Shown: positions 51,606-64,000 of the stretch, piece by piece | Numbering within the stretch: position 1 is the stretch's first letter | How the letters are laid out: every line of letters begins with the position of its first letter | Assembly: GCA_030265395.1 (NCBI GenBank) | Contig: JARFYF010000053.1 | Location: 17,819,477 to 17,883,476, forward strand | Length of the DNA: 64,000 bases | From: Rhina ancylostomus | Lineage: Eukaryota | Direction of reading: 5' to 3' | Made by a program: the position numbers and the translations under genes | The notes under the pieces: model-generated | Databases searched by the model: none | Told to the model about the DNA's origin: nothing | What the model saw: the letters and a program-made list of their open reading frames with translations, nothing else

Positions 51606-52222
51606 GGGAAAGGTTAGCAAGGTACTCTGGGGGCAGGGTCTCAGTGATATGCTGCCAAATTCTACTTGTCTTTCGATGCTTGCTCAAGCTCATGGGGCAC
51701 CTCAGTTGTGGACACTTAATTCGATCAGCCCTCCAAGTCTGGCAATGCTAAGCAGTGGGCATGGACCCCAGGTAGCAAGTCTAGGCAGTGGGCTGGATCC
51801 AATATCCAAGCCAATGTTGTATGTTGCCATTCTGATGTTGTGTTACCCCTGCCATCTCAGTTATTTGTCTTTATGATCAAATTTATTTCATACTTTCTAC
51901 TTCTATCCCAGAAGACTTGTTTGCTGTTCTCATTCCACTGTAGATCAGCTTATGCACATACTCTCTCACATGTGCCTTTACAACCCCTCCCTCCCACTCC
52001 TTGTTTAAAGTTATCCATCATTACATTTTCTGGTTTTGACAAAATGTAATTCCCAAAACATTAACTTGCTTGCTCTTTCCACCCATGACTTCCTCAGTGT
52101 TTCATGGACTTTTTGTTGTTCCAGATTTCCAGTTACGTTTATCTTTACTTATTTTCAATACCTATAAGTTTCAAATGCCAAGCCAAATTCTGCATGACTG
52201 CTGATTGACAAAGTCTAAATAC

Positions 52223-52414
52223 CTTGGTTTCTTCGATCTGCATTATGGTAGCCTGGCATTCAGAAATGTTGTCGTTAATATAATCAATATTTGCGTTCAA
52301 AGTCTCGAGCTCCTCATTTATTTCTTGTATAGACCCATCTTCTGGACTTTCATTTCGAATCCGTTCTCTTTTCCCATGTAGCACTTCCTGCAGGCCAATT
52401 AGTTCCTCTCGTTT
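52223..52414 (-). CDS. KIF21B: KIF21B exon ([10 protein letters not shown]...[23 protein letters not shown]), 192 nt
   Basis: ttgcag acceptor, AAG|gtattt donor, phase 0/0. Confidence 0.95.
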
Positions 52415-54932
52415 CTGCAAAGAAATGACAGCTGATTATCTTTTGTTTTCAAAAAGGTAGAATAGATACTGAAGAAAAGCTAGTTCAGGCTCAGACTGGA
52501 CTGTGTCCTCACCTCCAACAACCATTTGTTGAAGTTCAGATAATTGGTGAATAGAAATACAAGTGAACCATATCAGCAACAGGATCAAAGATCCTCTAGG
52601 CTGTTGCTTTGGTCTTAGTGTACTCCACCATGTGGTATTGCTCTGATATGGATAAACAGTTGCCACATCAGACTAACAGATGTTCAATAAAACAATTGTA
52701 CCATTACCACAGCACTGAAGTCAATGGCCATCAACTAGCTCCCAATACCAGAGAACATCCTTTCCCTCTCAGCATTAGATGGGAAGCCTCTCTCTCACAT
52801 CTTTGCAAGTCTGTCACTGTTGGATGGGGGGCATGTCGAGATTATGGTGCGAATCTGCAGGACAGACTCCTGTAATACAACTCGTTTACCTCTTCACTGA
52901 CCTCAGTGAACCAAAGCCTGTACGTAAACCTTCCGTGTAATAGATGGATTGCCCTGAACCAGACACAAGGAGGATAAGGAAGGTATGGCTACTGCTTATA
53001 CCATGTGAAACTAAATCAAGTACGAGTAGTGCCAGCAGTAATCAAATTCAAACAATGGAACATAATGTCAAAGAGTGATCCTCTATCTATCCCTGGGCAC
53101 GCCCGATATTCACGTAACTACATGAGATGCCACAAACCAGCTATCAATTTATGAGGTATTAACAACAAGGAGGAATTGAGCAGCTAGTTCAAGGAATAAT
53201 ATGCGAAAAATATGAGGTTTGTCAATTTAATTTCAATTGTATGTGCAGTTAAGCAAAATGGTACATCATCACTATTTCATTAAAATATTTTTGCAGACTT
53301 ATGTAGACATAAATGTTTGCCATTAAATGTATTTTAACAGATTTAATAATAACATACTATTTTACTGTTTAAATTCTAACTGGTTTTGAATAGCAGGTTT
53401 AACAAATATTCTTCACAAAATTATTTGAATATATTCAGCCTGAACTAATGGATCAACAGCTTCCACAAATGTAACATATGCCAATCTTCTGATTCTAATG
53501 TGCTTTTCATGGGTAGTTCCAGGGTGTAGTAAAGGAANNNNNNNNNNTTTGTGTCTCTCTCCAGTGAAGAAATATGGGAGAACACTCCACAGTATGCAAG
53601 AAATTCATGTCCCCACCTTTCTTGTTATGTAATCCAAAACTACTAACAAGGCAAGGCCTAAGATAGACTGTTGCAAATTTCATCAGAAAGTTGCTCTTAT
53701 GAATTTACACTAGCACCAATTACAACTGGAGTATAATTGTTCCATTATTTCTGTTCACACCAGTTCATTAATTTTAGAAGTAAAGGAATAACAATGCACA
53801 ATACTATCCAAAACTCCCACTGAAAATGTTGCAATATCTCTTGAACACTGACTTGGCAGGTTATTAGTTTACTGCATTTAAGCAACTCGGACTTCATTAA
53901 GTATTTCATTCCAACAGCCTAAACTAAAGATGATTTTTTTTTAAATTGTAGGTCTCACTTTTCAGGACTTCCATAATAATATGACAATTTCTTAATGGTG
54001 ACATATAGCAATGATGCTTGATAAATTCATTCTTCCAGCTGAATTGTGATACCTTATGCCACAAGTTGCAAGTGCGAGTTGATAACAGGATGACGAGAGA
54101 AACTGGACATCTGGGACACAAGGTAACAATGCAAGTCATCATGAATTTCCTTAACTAAGTGAATTGAAGTATCCTAAAACAGTGCAAAGACTGAGAAAGA
54201 AGTACAAACAAAGCTGGCTAAATTCAACTCCAAATCAGGTACAGAATAAGAAACAAAGGGTGAATGAAAGATGGGATTATAGATGAAAAACAATGGCAAC
54301 AAACAAAAAATCCCGTTAAAACTTAACATTTTTAAAATCTCTAACTACAAATGAGACTCCACACTTGCAATGGTTAATTTTCAGTGACAGAGAGATTCAC
54401 TGGCAGTAATCAATTCTTACTGCACAGAATCTCTAATAGTTAAATTAACTGAATAAATGGCTCCAAGACCATTTTGCTCCAGTCCTAATTTTTACTTCAC
54501 ATGTATTGGGTAAAAAGAGCAACTATAATGCATTTCAATGATGTGCCAGACAGTGAGATGCTNNNNNNNNNNNNNNNNNNNNNNNNNNNNNNNNNNNNNN
54601 NNNNNNNNNNNNNNNNNNNNNNNNNNNNNNNNNNNNNNNNNNNNNNNNNNNNNNNNNNNNNNTTCAATGATGTGCCAGACAGTGAGATGCTATTTTTACA
54701 AAAGGTAATGGCATGACTACATATCCAGGAAAACTACTTATGGATTTCCTTGTGTAGTCAAGCACCTGTCCTTACCTTTTATGCTATAATGGTATTAATG
54801 TTGACTTTATTTTGGCAAGCACTTTAAGTCATAGATCCAGCAGTGAATTCTGGAGCATAGATACAAATGGAAAATAACCTTACAAAAGGGCAATAACTCT
54901 ACATGCTTATGTTAATAAATCAATGTGAATAC

Positions 54933-55083
54933 CCCCAGCAGACGATTCATATCTGCTTCCAAGTTGGATATAGTCATCCTCTGCATCACAATGTCACTTA
55001 TCCTACATTCCAGTGCCTGCCATTTCAGCCGTGCTGTTTTAGAAAAGCTCTCACCAACTCCCTTTTTCTGGTACTTGTTTTTC
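54933..55083 (-). CDS. KIF21B: KIF21B exon, start of the regulatory (autoinhibitory) coiled coil (KNKYQKK...[34 protein letters not shown]), 151 nt
   Basis: cacag acceptor, GGG|gtattc donor, phase 2 to 0; [17 protein letters not shown] is the conserved KIF21 rCC motif. Confidence 0.94.
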
Positions 55084-56190
55084 CTGTGGAATAAAAAAGA
55101 AATAACCAACACATTTTAACAAAAAAAGGAAGACGTGGTAAAGAGATACAGTGAATTCACATTGTTCATAGGTGTCAGGGACGAGGGACACAGAAAACAG
55201 CCATTTGTTTTCATGAAATACATTTTAAACAAGTTGCAAATCATATAATACACAACATTAGGAAACAAGTTTTATAAAACATTTAATGGATTGAGAGAGT
55301 GAAGGTGGTGACTCGAGTCCCTGTCTCCTCCAAGAAATTTCTTCCCTTTCGTGTATTCCTTGAGCCAAATTGTATTTGGTTTATATCATGGTATTGCATT
55401 TATATCATTTTATTATGTTTATATTATGATACTGGCCTTATATCATGTGACTGATACTCGCTTATGTCATGTACGCTTAGATCAATGGAAAGATTTATGT
55501 TAACTACTGATGCGATTCCATGTATAAAGCAACATCTGGAAGGGTGACCAGAAAAATAACAGCGACTTTAAAATAACCAGTGATCATTGAAATCACACCT
55601 AAAATTACTGAAAGAAATAGTAGGAGCTCAAATGAGTTTACCAATTATCCAATTTACAGCATCAGATGCAGGTAGATGGATTCTCAAAAATGGACAATGT
55701 CTACTCACTCTCTCTTCAATCTAACTTTTTTTTAAAACAACCACACAGCTTTTTCCAACAGCCTCTGCCAAATCGAGTTATGGACTTTCATCAGAAATGA
55801 CAGATTATGATTAAAAAAATTCCTCAACCAAGGTTCAAACCATTTTAAGTTCTATTACCAAATTTACAATTAAATACATATATTTAGTTCTCTGATGCAA
55901 TGCAACACAAAGCCAAAAAAATATCAGAAATTTTCATATTAACTGCAGGATTTAATTTGGGGAAAAATATTTTCTGTTTCTATGTTGTACTGTTTTTGAT
56001 CATGTCCTTCACAGCAAAAGCTTTCAACAAGTCAAATTTAGAGAACTGAGAGAAGATTTATCATAACCTCTCGTGCTGGATGTTTTTCCACATCCTACAG
56101 TTGTAGAGTTCTATTTCTTTCTTTGACTGGAGTTCATTAATGATGAATGATTGTCCGTCTGTTAAGACCAGTTGTTGCTTCCATGCTTAC

Positions 56191-56420
56191 CTCACTGTTC
56201 TAGTTCCATTCACTGCAGAAACTGTTTCATTCCAAGCTGCATTTAACTTTTTGTTCCACTGTTTAACAATGTTGGACACGGACTTGGAGGCAGACTCTGG
56301 TTCTGAAGATGTAGTACTGGCTGAAAGCTCCATACCCGAATCCAAGATATTTTGCTTCCGGCTGACACGACCAGCAACCCGGTTGGACATGGGTTTGGCT
56401 AATCTTCGAAGAGCACTAAC
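56191..56420 (-). CDS. KIF21B: KIF21B exon ([18 protein letters not shown]...NGTRTVR), 230 nt
   Basis: cttag acceptor, AG|gtaagc donor, phase 0 to 2. Confidence 0.95.
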
Positions 56421-57243
56421 CTAAGAATGATCAAAAAAAGGCACAGAATAATAACATAAATATCAGAAGATGAAAGTACTTGCTTTTAGAGTTGGGATCT
56501 CTTTCTTCTTTGCTGCTTCCTTGTTGCACTATTTTACTTCAAAAAACAAATCTAATCACCCAAACCAATTTCAATATTTACCTGTAGGTAAAATAATCAC
56601 AATTCACTTGCCCTCTATGTGTACATTATTTTTAGAATATTTCTTAGCTCTGACGCAAGACCAATGCGCCAAATCCAGCATTCTAACAAGGAACATTACT
56701 CTCAGGAACAAATGTTCCAGAATAATGCTACACATTTTCTAAGATTTGTTTAGTTTCCTTTAAAAGTTGTAGTAATTGCTAAGAGTTTTCCTTCCCATCT
56801 TCACAATTTTCAGCTATGTCCTGAAGTAAGATCTCTCCTTGACTTAAGGTTGTTAGCTAGTGACAATTAAAGTTTGATGAAAAGATCAAAGTACTTCACT
56901 TCTGACATATTAAATTAATTCCCTGATATGATGAACCAACAACAAAAATGTAGTATGTTCACATTTATACTTTACAACAAGTTAGTTGGCTTTAATATTG
57001 GTATATATTAATATTGAATTCCATTATGTCTTGCAAATGTTAGGTAATTCTGCTCTCTTCTAAACATGGGTTCTGTGACCTATCTAATAAGATCATTTGG
57101 AGACACTGGAGCCTGCAAATGCTGGAATCTGGAGCAACAAGCAAAATGGTGGAGGAACTCAGAAGGTCAGGCAGCATCTCTGGAGGTAAATGAACAGCAG
57201 ACATTTTGGGTCACGATGCTTCGTCAGTTCAGATTTGGAAGCT

Positions 57244-57415
57244 ATTTTTATTTGCTAATCACTGTCAAAGGGACCAATGAAAAAGAGACAATTTAATTCA
57301 GCAGGTCAACCACAATGGGCTGCATCATGCTAACCTGTGCCCAATGTCGTCGACCTGCTGAATTAAATTGTCTTTTTTTCGTTGGTCCCTTTAACAGTGA
57401 TTAGCAAATAAAAAT
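57244..57415. repeat. Long inverted repeat: 77-bp arms (57244-57320 and 57339-57415), 18-nt spacer
   Basis: Arms are reverse complements with about 6 substitutions and no indels. Confidence 0.95.
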
Positions 57416-57691
57416 TTATTTGCAGTTTTTGCAATATGTTATTTTAGCATTGTTGCAATGGTCCTTCTGTGTGGCACCAACAACCAAAGCAAGCAACTAA
57501 CCTACAGGTGCCAGAGGGAAGGCCCATGGACCACTCTGATATCTTTTGACAGTCTGTGCGATCAAATGGGCTTTGCACCATTCACAACGTCTATGATCAG
57601 AGGAATTTGGAAACAGTTGAAAACAATTAAATGATATTGAAAATTTTTTAAGAAGTCAAAAAAATCAACATCGATAAATTTATTTTTAAAA

Positions 57692-57845
57692 GATAAGATA
57701 TCTTTATTAGTCACATGTACATCACACACAGTGAAATGCATCTTTTGCATAGAGTGTTCTGGGGCAGCCTGCAAGTGTCGCCATACTTCTGGCGCCAACA
57801 TAGCATGCCCACAACTTCCCAATCTGCAAGTCTTTGGAATACGGA
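57692..57845 (-). mobile_element. SINE 3' portion (V-SINE-like body with LINE-derived tail)
   Basis: ataagatatctttattagtcacatgtac...gtgttctggggcagcctgcaagtgtcgcca...gtctttggaat. Confidence 0.65.
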
Positions 57846-58320
57846 AAAACACAAATTTACATTGAAATTTAAATAAAAACAAACAAGAAAGATTACTTCA
57901 GAGATCAGCAACTCCATTTAAATGAATGGGCCAATACCAGATGTTCCAGCTCTGCATGATGTTAAGATGCAGGGACACATAAGGTGTACCCAACATCTTA
58001 GCCCAACAATTTATGGAGTGCTCCTAGACTCAAGGGGAGCACAGAAACAGAATAAGGTTTGGTGTTTGCCAATCTAGCCTCCAGTGCAATCTCTATTTTG
58101 ACATTGCAGCATGCAAATCAGCCTGCCAGCAACTCTCCACGGATCCAAAGACTGTTCCAGCCTTTTCTCATATGAATAAAATGCAAATCCAAACCCATAT
58201 TGCACAATGGAAGAAACAGAGAAAGAAAGATGATTGTAAAACAAAAAAAACCTCCTAAAACACATCAAGCTTAAGTAGTTAATCATTGTCTATTTGAATC
58301 ATTAATAATAATTTCCAAAC

Positions 58321-58389
58321 CTCTTGCGTCTTCCTGCGTAGAACAAGTTCCTGTTGCCGCTTTTGAGACTCTAAAGCCCGAATTTGGTA
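58321..58389 (-). CDS. KIF21B: KIF21B exon (YQIRALESQKRQQELVLRRKTQE), 69 nt
   Basis: tttcag acceptor, GAG|gtttg donor, phase 0/0; read directly, absent from ORF track. Confidence 0.93.
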
Positions 58390-58560
58390 CTGAAATTAAA
58401 AAAATAACATCTTTATATTTAGTGGCTATAAGGCAGAATATCCGATCAGTAAATAGGCCTTCCTTCTTCTTGTATCCTTCCTATGTGTGGTTGGTTGTGA
58501 ATTCTGTTGCCAGTCTTCATCCCCACTTATGATCATGATCTCTCCCTCCCCAGTACTTAC

Positions 58561-58668
58561 TTCTTGCCTCCTCTGTTCCTTTTTCAGCTGTGCAATTTCA
58601 CGGTTCCTTTTGCTTTCAATCATCCTCATTCGTTGCTGATCTTCTCTCATCTGTTTCATGAGTGTTAC
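58561..58668 (-). CDS. KIF21B: KIF21B exon ([13 protein letters not shown]...KKEQRRQE), 108 nt
   Basis: tgtag acceptor, GAA|gtaagt donor, phase 0/0. Confidence 0.95.
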
Positions 58669-59859
58669 CTACAAAAGAAAATTCCAGGGGAAAACAAAAC
58701 AAGTTATTAGGTGTGACGTAATGTGAATAGGATTTCACAGCTGGTTCACCCTGCTGGTAAACCTGCATGAAGAGGGATGTGGCCAGGTCTCCTAAACATT
58801 CAATTCATTGCATGTACTGCATATTCAATGTACATGAGAGGACACCAAGTTATGTGACATCGTATACAGATAAAGTACAAGTTACAGCAATCAGCAATAA
58901 GTAAAATCTGATCTCTGCAAGAGGCAACAGGATTTTGAAGCTGCACAATAAAAGCATTAAATATGTGTGACTCGCACTTATGCGACCTTCAATCACTGAC
59001 GTGTTTCCAGCATCAAAAGAAACAGGATCACCTTAATGTATGGAAGCAACATTTTTGCATTTCCATTATAATTCACAGGACAATCACATGACGAAAAGCA
59101 GCTTTTCTGAGGCAGGTCTGTCACAAGGTACATTTTTACTAGGAACCAGGACAGATACAGTGAATGTGTTGGGCAGGTGGTGGATAATCAACCGCAGCTC
59201 ACGTGAGCAAAGGCAGAGAAAAGAAAGGAGGACAGTTGTGCAGAGTCTGGCCAGAGGGGCCATAATTGCTTCCAGCTCTGCTCAGACAGACAGATGAAAA
59301 ACCCCAAGTGATATCAATGAAAAGGAGAATTGTGCAACAGCAGATTTCTAACATCTGCCAGACACACCATCTGCAGAAGGAAAGAGGGTCAAAGNNNNNN
59401 NNNNAATCCACCCCTCCATTTTCCCCAGCTGACTCAATCTACTCATTATCCTTCACCACTCCTCTGTCTACTGATCTCCTCTGGCCCCTGTCTCACCACT
59501 CCCCCTTTCCTCTTTACACTGGTTATCTCCACTCTCAGTCCTGATACAGGGTTTCAACCTAAATCATCAACAATTCTCCCCCACCCCAACACAGATGTTG
59601 CTCAGTTCACTGAGTTCCACCAGCAGATTTTTTGATATTCTGCTAACAATGGCTGCATTTATATGGTAGCTTCTCGGGAAAGAACATGCAAGAGGGATTT
59701 CATGGAATCAAAGAACTATCATGGCACCGATGGAAGCCAACTGACCCATTAATTCCACGCTGGTTCCCAGCTGAGCAATCTGGTCAGTTCCATTTTTCCT
59801 TACTTCCCTACAGCACTGCACATTATTCTTTCAAGTACAATCCAATTCCTGTTTGAAAG

Positions 59860-60078
59860 CAAAAGCAATCTGCTGAAGGAACTCAGTGGGTTAAGCAGCA
59901 TCTGTCAGGTGGGGGGGGTGATGGAGAAAAGGAATCAGGTCAAAACCCTGCATCAGTCCTATTGCGGGATCTTGACCTGAAGTGTTGACTGTCCATTTCC
60001 CTCCACATTTGTTGCCTGACCCACTGAGTTCCTCCAGCGGTTTGTTTGTTCTTCTAGATTCCAGCATCTGTGTCTCCC
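59860..60078. repeat. Inverted pair of Penelope-derived pseudo-LTR repeats
   Basis: tgctgaaggaactcagtgggttaagcagc versus gttgcctgacccactgagttcctccagc; central caggtcaa...ttgacctg. Confidence 0.8.
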
Positions 60079-61324
60079 TTTCGAAAGCACAGTTTCATTC
60101 TGTTTCCACCGACCTTACAGATGGGTCAATTCCAGATCATAATAACTCCCTATGTAACAAAGAAAGCTACTTCACATCCCCCATGTATCCTTTGCTCGAA
60201 GTTTTAGTTCAATTCCCCTGGTTCTTGAAACAATTATAAATGGGGTATCACACTATCTAAGCCAAGTCATGATTTTCCACACATCTATCAAATCTCCTTT
60301 GCCCCAAGATCAACCCTAGTTTCTAAAGTCTAATTACTGGCCATCTCCCTTCTTTCTCTCCAGTCCAAATGAAGGGTCTCAACCCAAAACGCCAACTGTC
60401 CATTTCCCTCCAGAGATGCTGCCTGACCTGGTGAGTTCCTCCAGTGATTTGTGTGTTCCTCCAGATTCCACATTGGCAGTCCCTTGTGTCTCTAAAGTCT
60501 GATGTTACCTGCATCCTCTCTTGAACCTTCAGTTCAAATTGTAGTAAAAATCTCATGAAATCAGCCAAATGTAATTATTCTCATCAAATCAGGAATTCCT
60601 TCACTCAGTCAAAACTGTTACGTTTAACTAGAAATGATTTGTGCATAGGTTTGATTTAAAAATTTCTGCAAAATCAGCCTCTGACTCTGTCTTGTAGAAA
60701 GGAGTTAAAATTATACCTCCCACCCTTTCCATCTCATGTCTTGAAACAGAACAAAATAAACAATGTTTTGATATTTGGTATTACCCACAGCTTCCAATGA
60801 TTCCAGAGACCAAAAGCAAAACAGCCATGCAGATAATCTGCCAGCCACACTGGTGAAGTCAGTGTGCAAAACAACCTAAAGAATAGGAAGCTCCAGGTTT
60901 AACCTTTGGCCCCAGCTGAGTTACTTGTTATTACCCAATTGGCTGCAGATGTCATTGTTTGGCAATGTGGGGAGAAGAGATTCAGCTCAGGATATTCCTC
61001 GTCTCCATCACCTGGAAAACATGCAAGTACTTGGGCCTTGGGCGAGGATAAGATGGACCATGGCTGCAGGTTTCCTTTCTTCATGAAGAAGTATTCAGTC
61101 CAGATGAAGGGTCTCAACCCGCAATTTTGACTGTCCATTTCCCTCCATAGTTGCTGCCTGACCTGCTGAGTTCCTCCAGCACATTTTGCATTGCTACAAA
61201 TACTCATTGTCTGGGCTAAAGGAGTTTGCAAGGTAATGGAAGGTAACCCCATGTCTATAATATTACCAAGAACTCCACGTCTCAGAAAACAAAGGGACAA
61301 AATGATGCAAAAGGGAAATGTTAC

Positions 61325-61524
61325 CTTGGTTTTCCTCATTTCAGCTACTTCACTCTGCAGTTTCCTCAACTCTCGTTCATAGCGAGTTTGATTTTTGAGT
61401 AGGCGTGCATGTTCTTTCTGTGCCACCTGCAGTTTCTGGAGCTCTCGATTCATTTCCTTTAGTTTTTTCTCATAGTCTGCTTTAATCTTGCTAGCTCTTT
61501 CTTCTGTGTTGCATTCCATAGAAC
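61325..61524 (-). CDS. KIF21B: KIF21B exon, stalk coiled coil ([21 protein letters not shown]...AEMRKTK), 200 nt
   Basis: tttcag acceptor, AAG|gtaa donor, phase 1 to 0; within ORF 60899..61519. Confidence 0.95.
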
Positions 61525-61699
61525 CTGAAACAAAAATTATAAGAATAATTTAACTTTCATCAATTTAAAATGCCACCTAAATATGGAACGTTGGCATGGC
61601 ACCATGGTACATTGTCAATGGTGAACCGATAATTTAGGTTATGTTGCATTCAGGATTTTTTTCCAATGTGCATTTGCAATTTCAGTGGTGCCTTGATAA

Positions 61700-61878
61700 C
61701 TGGTTTGTTACTGTCACTGGAACCGAGATACAGTGAAAAGCTTTTGTTTGCATGCCGTCGAGACAGATCATTCCTTGAATAAAAACATCGAGATAGTACA
61801 AAAGGATAAACAAACAGAATGCAGAATATAGTGTTGTAGTTACAGAGAAAGTGCAGCGCAGGTAGACAAATAAAGTGC
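61700..61878 (-). mobile_element. Rex1/Babar-type LINE 3' tail, reverse copy of 10205-10390
   Basis: gagatacagtgaaaa, acagaatgcagaatatagtgtt, gttacagagaaagtgcag..caggtagacaa are reverse complements of blocks in the 10.2-10.4 kb tail. Confidence 0.8.
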
Positions 61879-62179
61879 TTCTTGTTGAATATTACACCTT
61901 GCTGAGATGTTACAAGAAGAGGGATAAAGGAGAAATATTCGCTCTCAAGTTGAGTTTCAGATCACTTTTCTCAGAGCACCCATTTCTATCTCTGCAACAT
62001 TGCCAGACTCCTCATCTGCTGCTGAAGATCTCATTCATGCTTTCATTATTTCTAGACTTGTTCAGTCCAATACACTCCTGCATGGGCTCCTGATTCAACT
62101 CTCCATAAACTTGAAGACATCCAAAACTCTGCAATCTCTGTCCTAACTCTCATGTCCTTCCTTGTTAAATTATTACTCA

Positions 62180-63305
62180 GGATAAGGGTGTTGCTGGCAA
62201 AGACCAGCACTTACTGCCCATTGATAATTGTCCAGGAGATGGTGGTAGTAAGCCGATGTTTGAGCTTCTAGTGAAGGTACACCCTGAACACCGTCAAGCA
62301 GCAAGTTCCAGGATTTAGACCCGGCAATGATGGAGCTATGGCAATACATTTCTCAATCAGGATAGTGTGAGACTTGGAGGGGAACCTGCAGGTGGTGACA
62401 TTATCCCATGCTTGCTGTCCTTGGCCTTTTTAGTAGTAGAAGTCACAGTTCTGGGAGATGAAAATAAAAAAGAAAAACTGCAAATGCTAGAAATCTGAAA
62501 TAAATCTAGAAAATGCTAGAAACACTCAAGTCAGGCAGCATCTGTGGATGGATAAACAGTTAACATTTCAGGCCTGAGGCTCTTCATCAATTTTCAAAGA
62601 TTATTAACTGTTTCACTTTTCACAGATGTTGGCTGACCTGCCTGGTATTTCATGCATTTCTGATTTTAAGAACAATTTTGGGAGATGCTGTTAGTGTAAC
62701 CTGAATGAGTTACTACAGTGCACTTGGTAAATGGCCACGCACACAGCAGCCACAGTGAACTGGCAATGCAGAGAATTAATATTCAGATGGTGGATAAGGT
62801 GCCATTCAAGCAGGTTGCTTTGTCCTGGATAGTGTTGAGCTCTTTGAGTATTATTGGTGCTCCAACCTTCTGCAAAAACGTAGGGTACTCCATCACACTC
62901 CTGATGTGCCTTATAGATGGTGGAATGGGTTTTGGGTGTCAGGTGGTGAGTCAGTCTCTTCTGGTCACAGTATTTATTTGGCTGGTCCAGTTGATTTTCC
63001 AGTTAATGATGAACTCCAGGATGTTGATAGTGGAAGACTTTGCAATGACATGCATTTCAATTTGAAGGGAAGGTGGTTAGACCCTCTTTTGCTAGGGGGA
63101 GAAGGGGTGGTATTGTCCTGCACTCTTGTGCAAATGTTACTTGCCACTCATCAGCCCTTGTCTGAATGTTGTCTTGGTCTTGCTGCATGCAGGTATGGAC
63201 AACCTCATTTGGTGATGGGATGTGAATCATCAGGAAACATCCCCACTCCTCGTCTGATGATGGAAGAAAGCTTTTGATGATGCAGTTGAAAATGGCTGGG
63301 CCTGA
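62180..63305 (-). mobile_element. Old LINE (L2/CR1 supergroup) 3' region, interrupted by a Penelope repeat at 62461-62672
   Basis: Minus ORF remnant MQQDQDNIQTRADEWQVTFAQEC corresponds to the post-RT motif QQDLDNIQAWADKWQVTFAP.KC. Confidence 0.75.
62461..62672. repeat. Inverted pair of Penelope-derived repeats flanked by an approximately 15-bp duplication
   Basis: cagttctgggagatg (62446-62460) and caattttgggagatg (62673-62687) flank aaactgcaaatgctagaaatctg...cacagatgttggctgacctg. Confidence 0.65.
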
Positions 63306-63319
63306 GATAATAATCATCC

Positions 63320-64000
63320 CTTTTTGACCATGATGCCTATCTGTGCTAATTCCATTTGCCCACATTAGACCCACATCCCTCTACTCTGTTCCAATACAAT
63401 TGTACACAATATTCCATGTGCGGCCTGACAAATATTTTGTACAGCTACAACATGACATCCCAAATATTATACTCAATGCCTCAGTTCATGATGGAAAGCA
63501 TAAAACTGCCATCTTCACTACTCTATCCACCTGTCTCCATTTTCAGAGAGCTATGAACTGCACCCCAAGGTCCCTGCCATTGAATGTACATGTCCTGTTA
63601 GTATTTGACATCCCAAAATGCATTATCTCACACTTGTTTGGATTAAATGCCATCTGTCACCACTCCATTCAACATTCCAACTGATCTATATCCCTCTGCA
63701 TCATTTCACAACTTTCTTCTCTATCTACTACTCCACCAATTTCTGTGTCATCAACAAACCTATTAATCAGTTCGCCTATGTCTTCACCCAAGTTATTTAA
63801 ATATATGACAAATAACAATGGTCCCAGCACTGATCCCAGTAATATACCACAGCTTATGACTTCCAGACAGAAAAAGACCCTTCAACCTCTACCCTTTGCC
63901 TCCAATCACGAAGCCAATTTTGGATCCAGTTCACCAACACACCTTGGATCCCATGTGCCCTCACCTTCTGGACCTGCCTAACAAGCCTTGCTAAAGTCCA
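63320..64000 (-). mobile_element. CR1 LINE fragments (RT region to 3' end)
   Basis: ctgtgtcatcaacaaac (reverse FVDDT), ggtcccagcactgatccc (reverse GSVLGP), caattttggatccagtt. Confidence 0.8.

Larger units (their letters stand above)
14177..61524 (-). other. KIF21B: KIF21B kinesin-4 gene, 3' portion (stalk to WD40 tail); 5' part lies beyond the window end
   Basis: Chain of GT-AG exons with mutually consistent phases. Spliced translation resembles vertebrate KIF21B as I recall it ([39 protein letters not shown]-terminus [24 protein letters not shown]) rather than KIF21A. Confidence 0.93.

Noticed and set aside
54534-54692. 29-bp direct repeat resembling a CRISPR repeat or TSD
   Set aside because: The two copies directly flank a 100-N gap; this is a contig-overlap artefact in a eukaryotic assembly.
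14177-61524. Assignment as KIF21A
   Set aside because: Diagnostic peptides ([42 protein letters not shown]) fit KIF21B better; only the distal tail is KIF21A-like.
1-64000. Prokaryotic systems, tRNA/rRNA genes, CRISPR arrays
   Set aside because: None seen; spliced-gene structure and vertebrate retroelements explain the window.

Overview
Eukaryotic, AT-rich, gapped draft sequence. The repeat content (CR1, Rex1/Babar, V-SINE/Deu-SINE, Penelope-derived repeats) points to a cartilaginous fish (shark/ray); this is an inference. The window holds the 3' part of one minus-strand gene, the kinesin-4 motor KIF21B. I traced 20 internal GT-AG exons with consistent reading phases, from the stalk coiled coil to the WD40 propeller (61524 down to 19718). 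They are followed by two alternative terminal coding exons (18394-18493 and 14177-14273) and a long 3' UTR to about 10.5 kb. The motor-domain exons lie beyond position 64000. Introns and the downstream flank are mostly decayed retroelements, and nearly all ORFs in the supplied track are spurious or LINE debris. I cannot demonstrate a new biological system. The best leads are: (i) hammerhead-ribozyme-like cores in the Penelope-derived repeats, several in inverted pairs; (ii) duplicated last exons that each finish the final WD40 blade; (iii) a candidate extra microexon with clustered RBFOX motifs; (iv) a 77-bp-arm intronic inverted repeat; (v) a locally templated 168-bp insertion in a SINE; (vi) a solo LTR with a perfect 5-bp TSD nested in a Penelope repeat.
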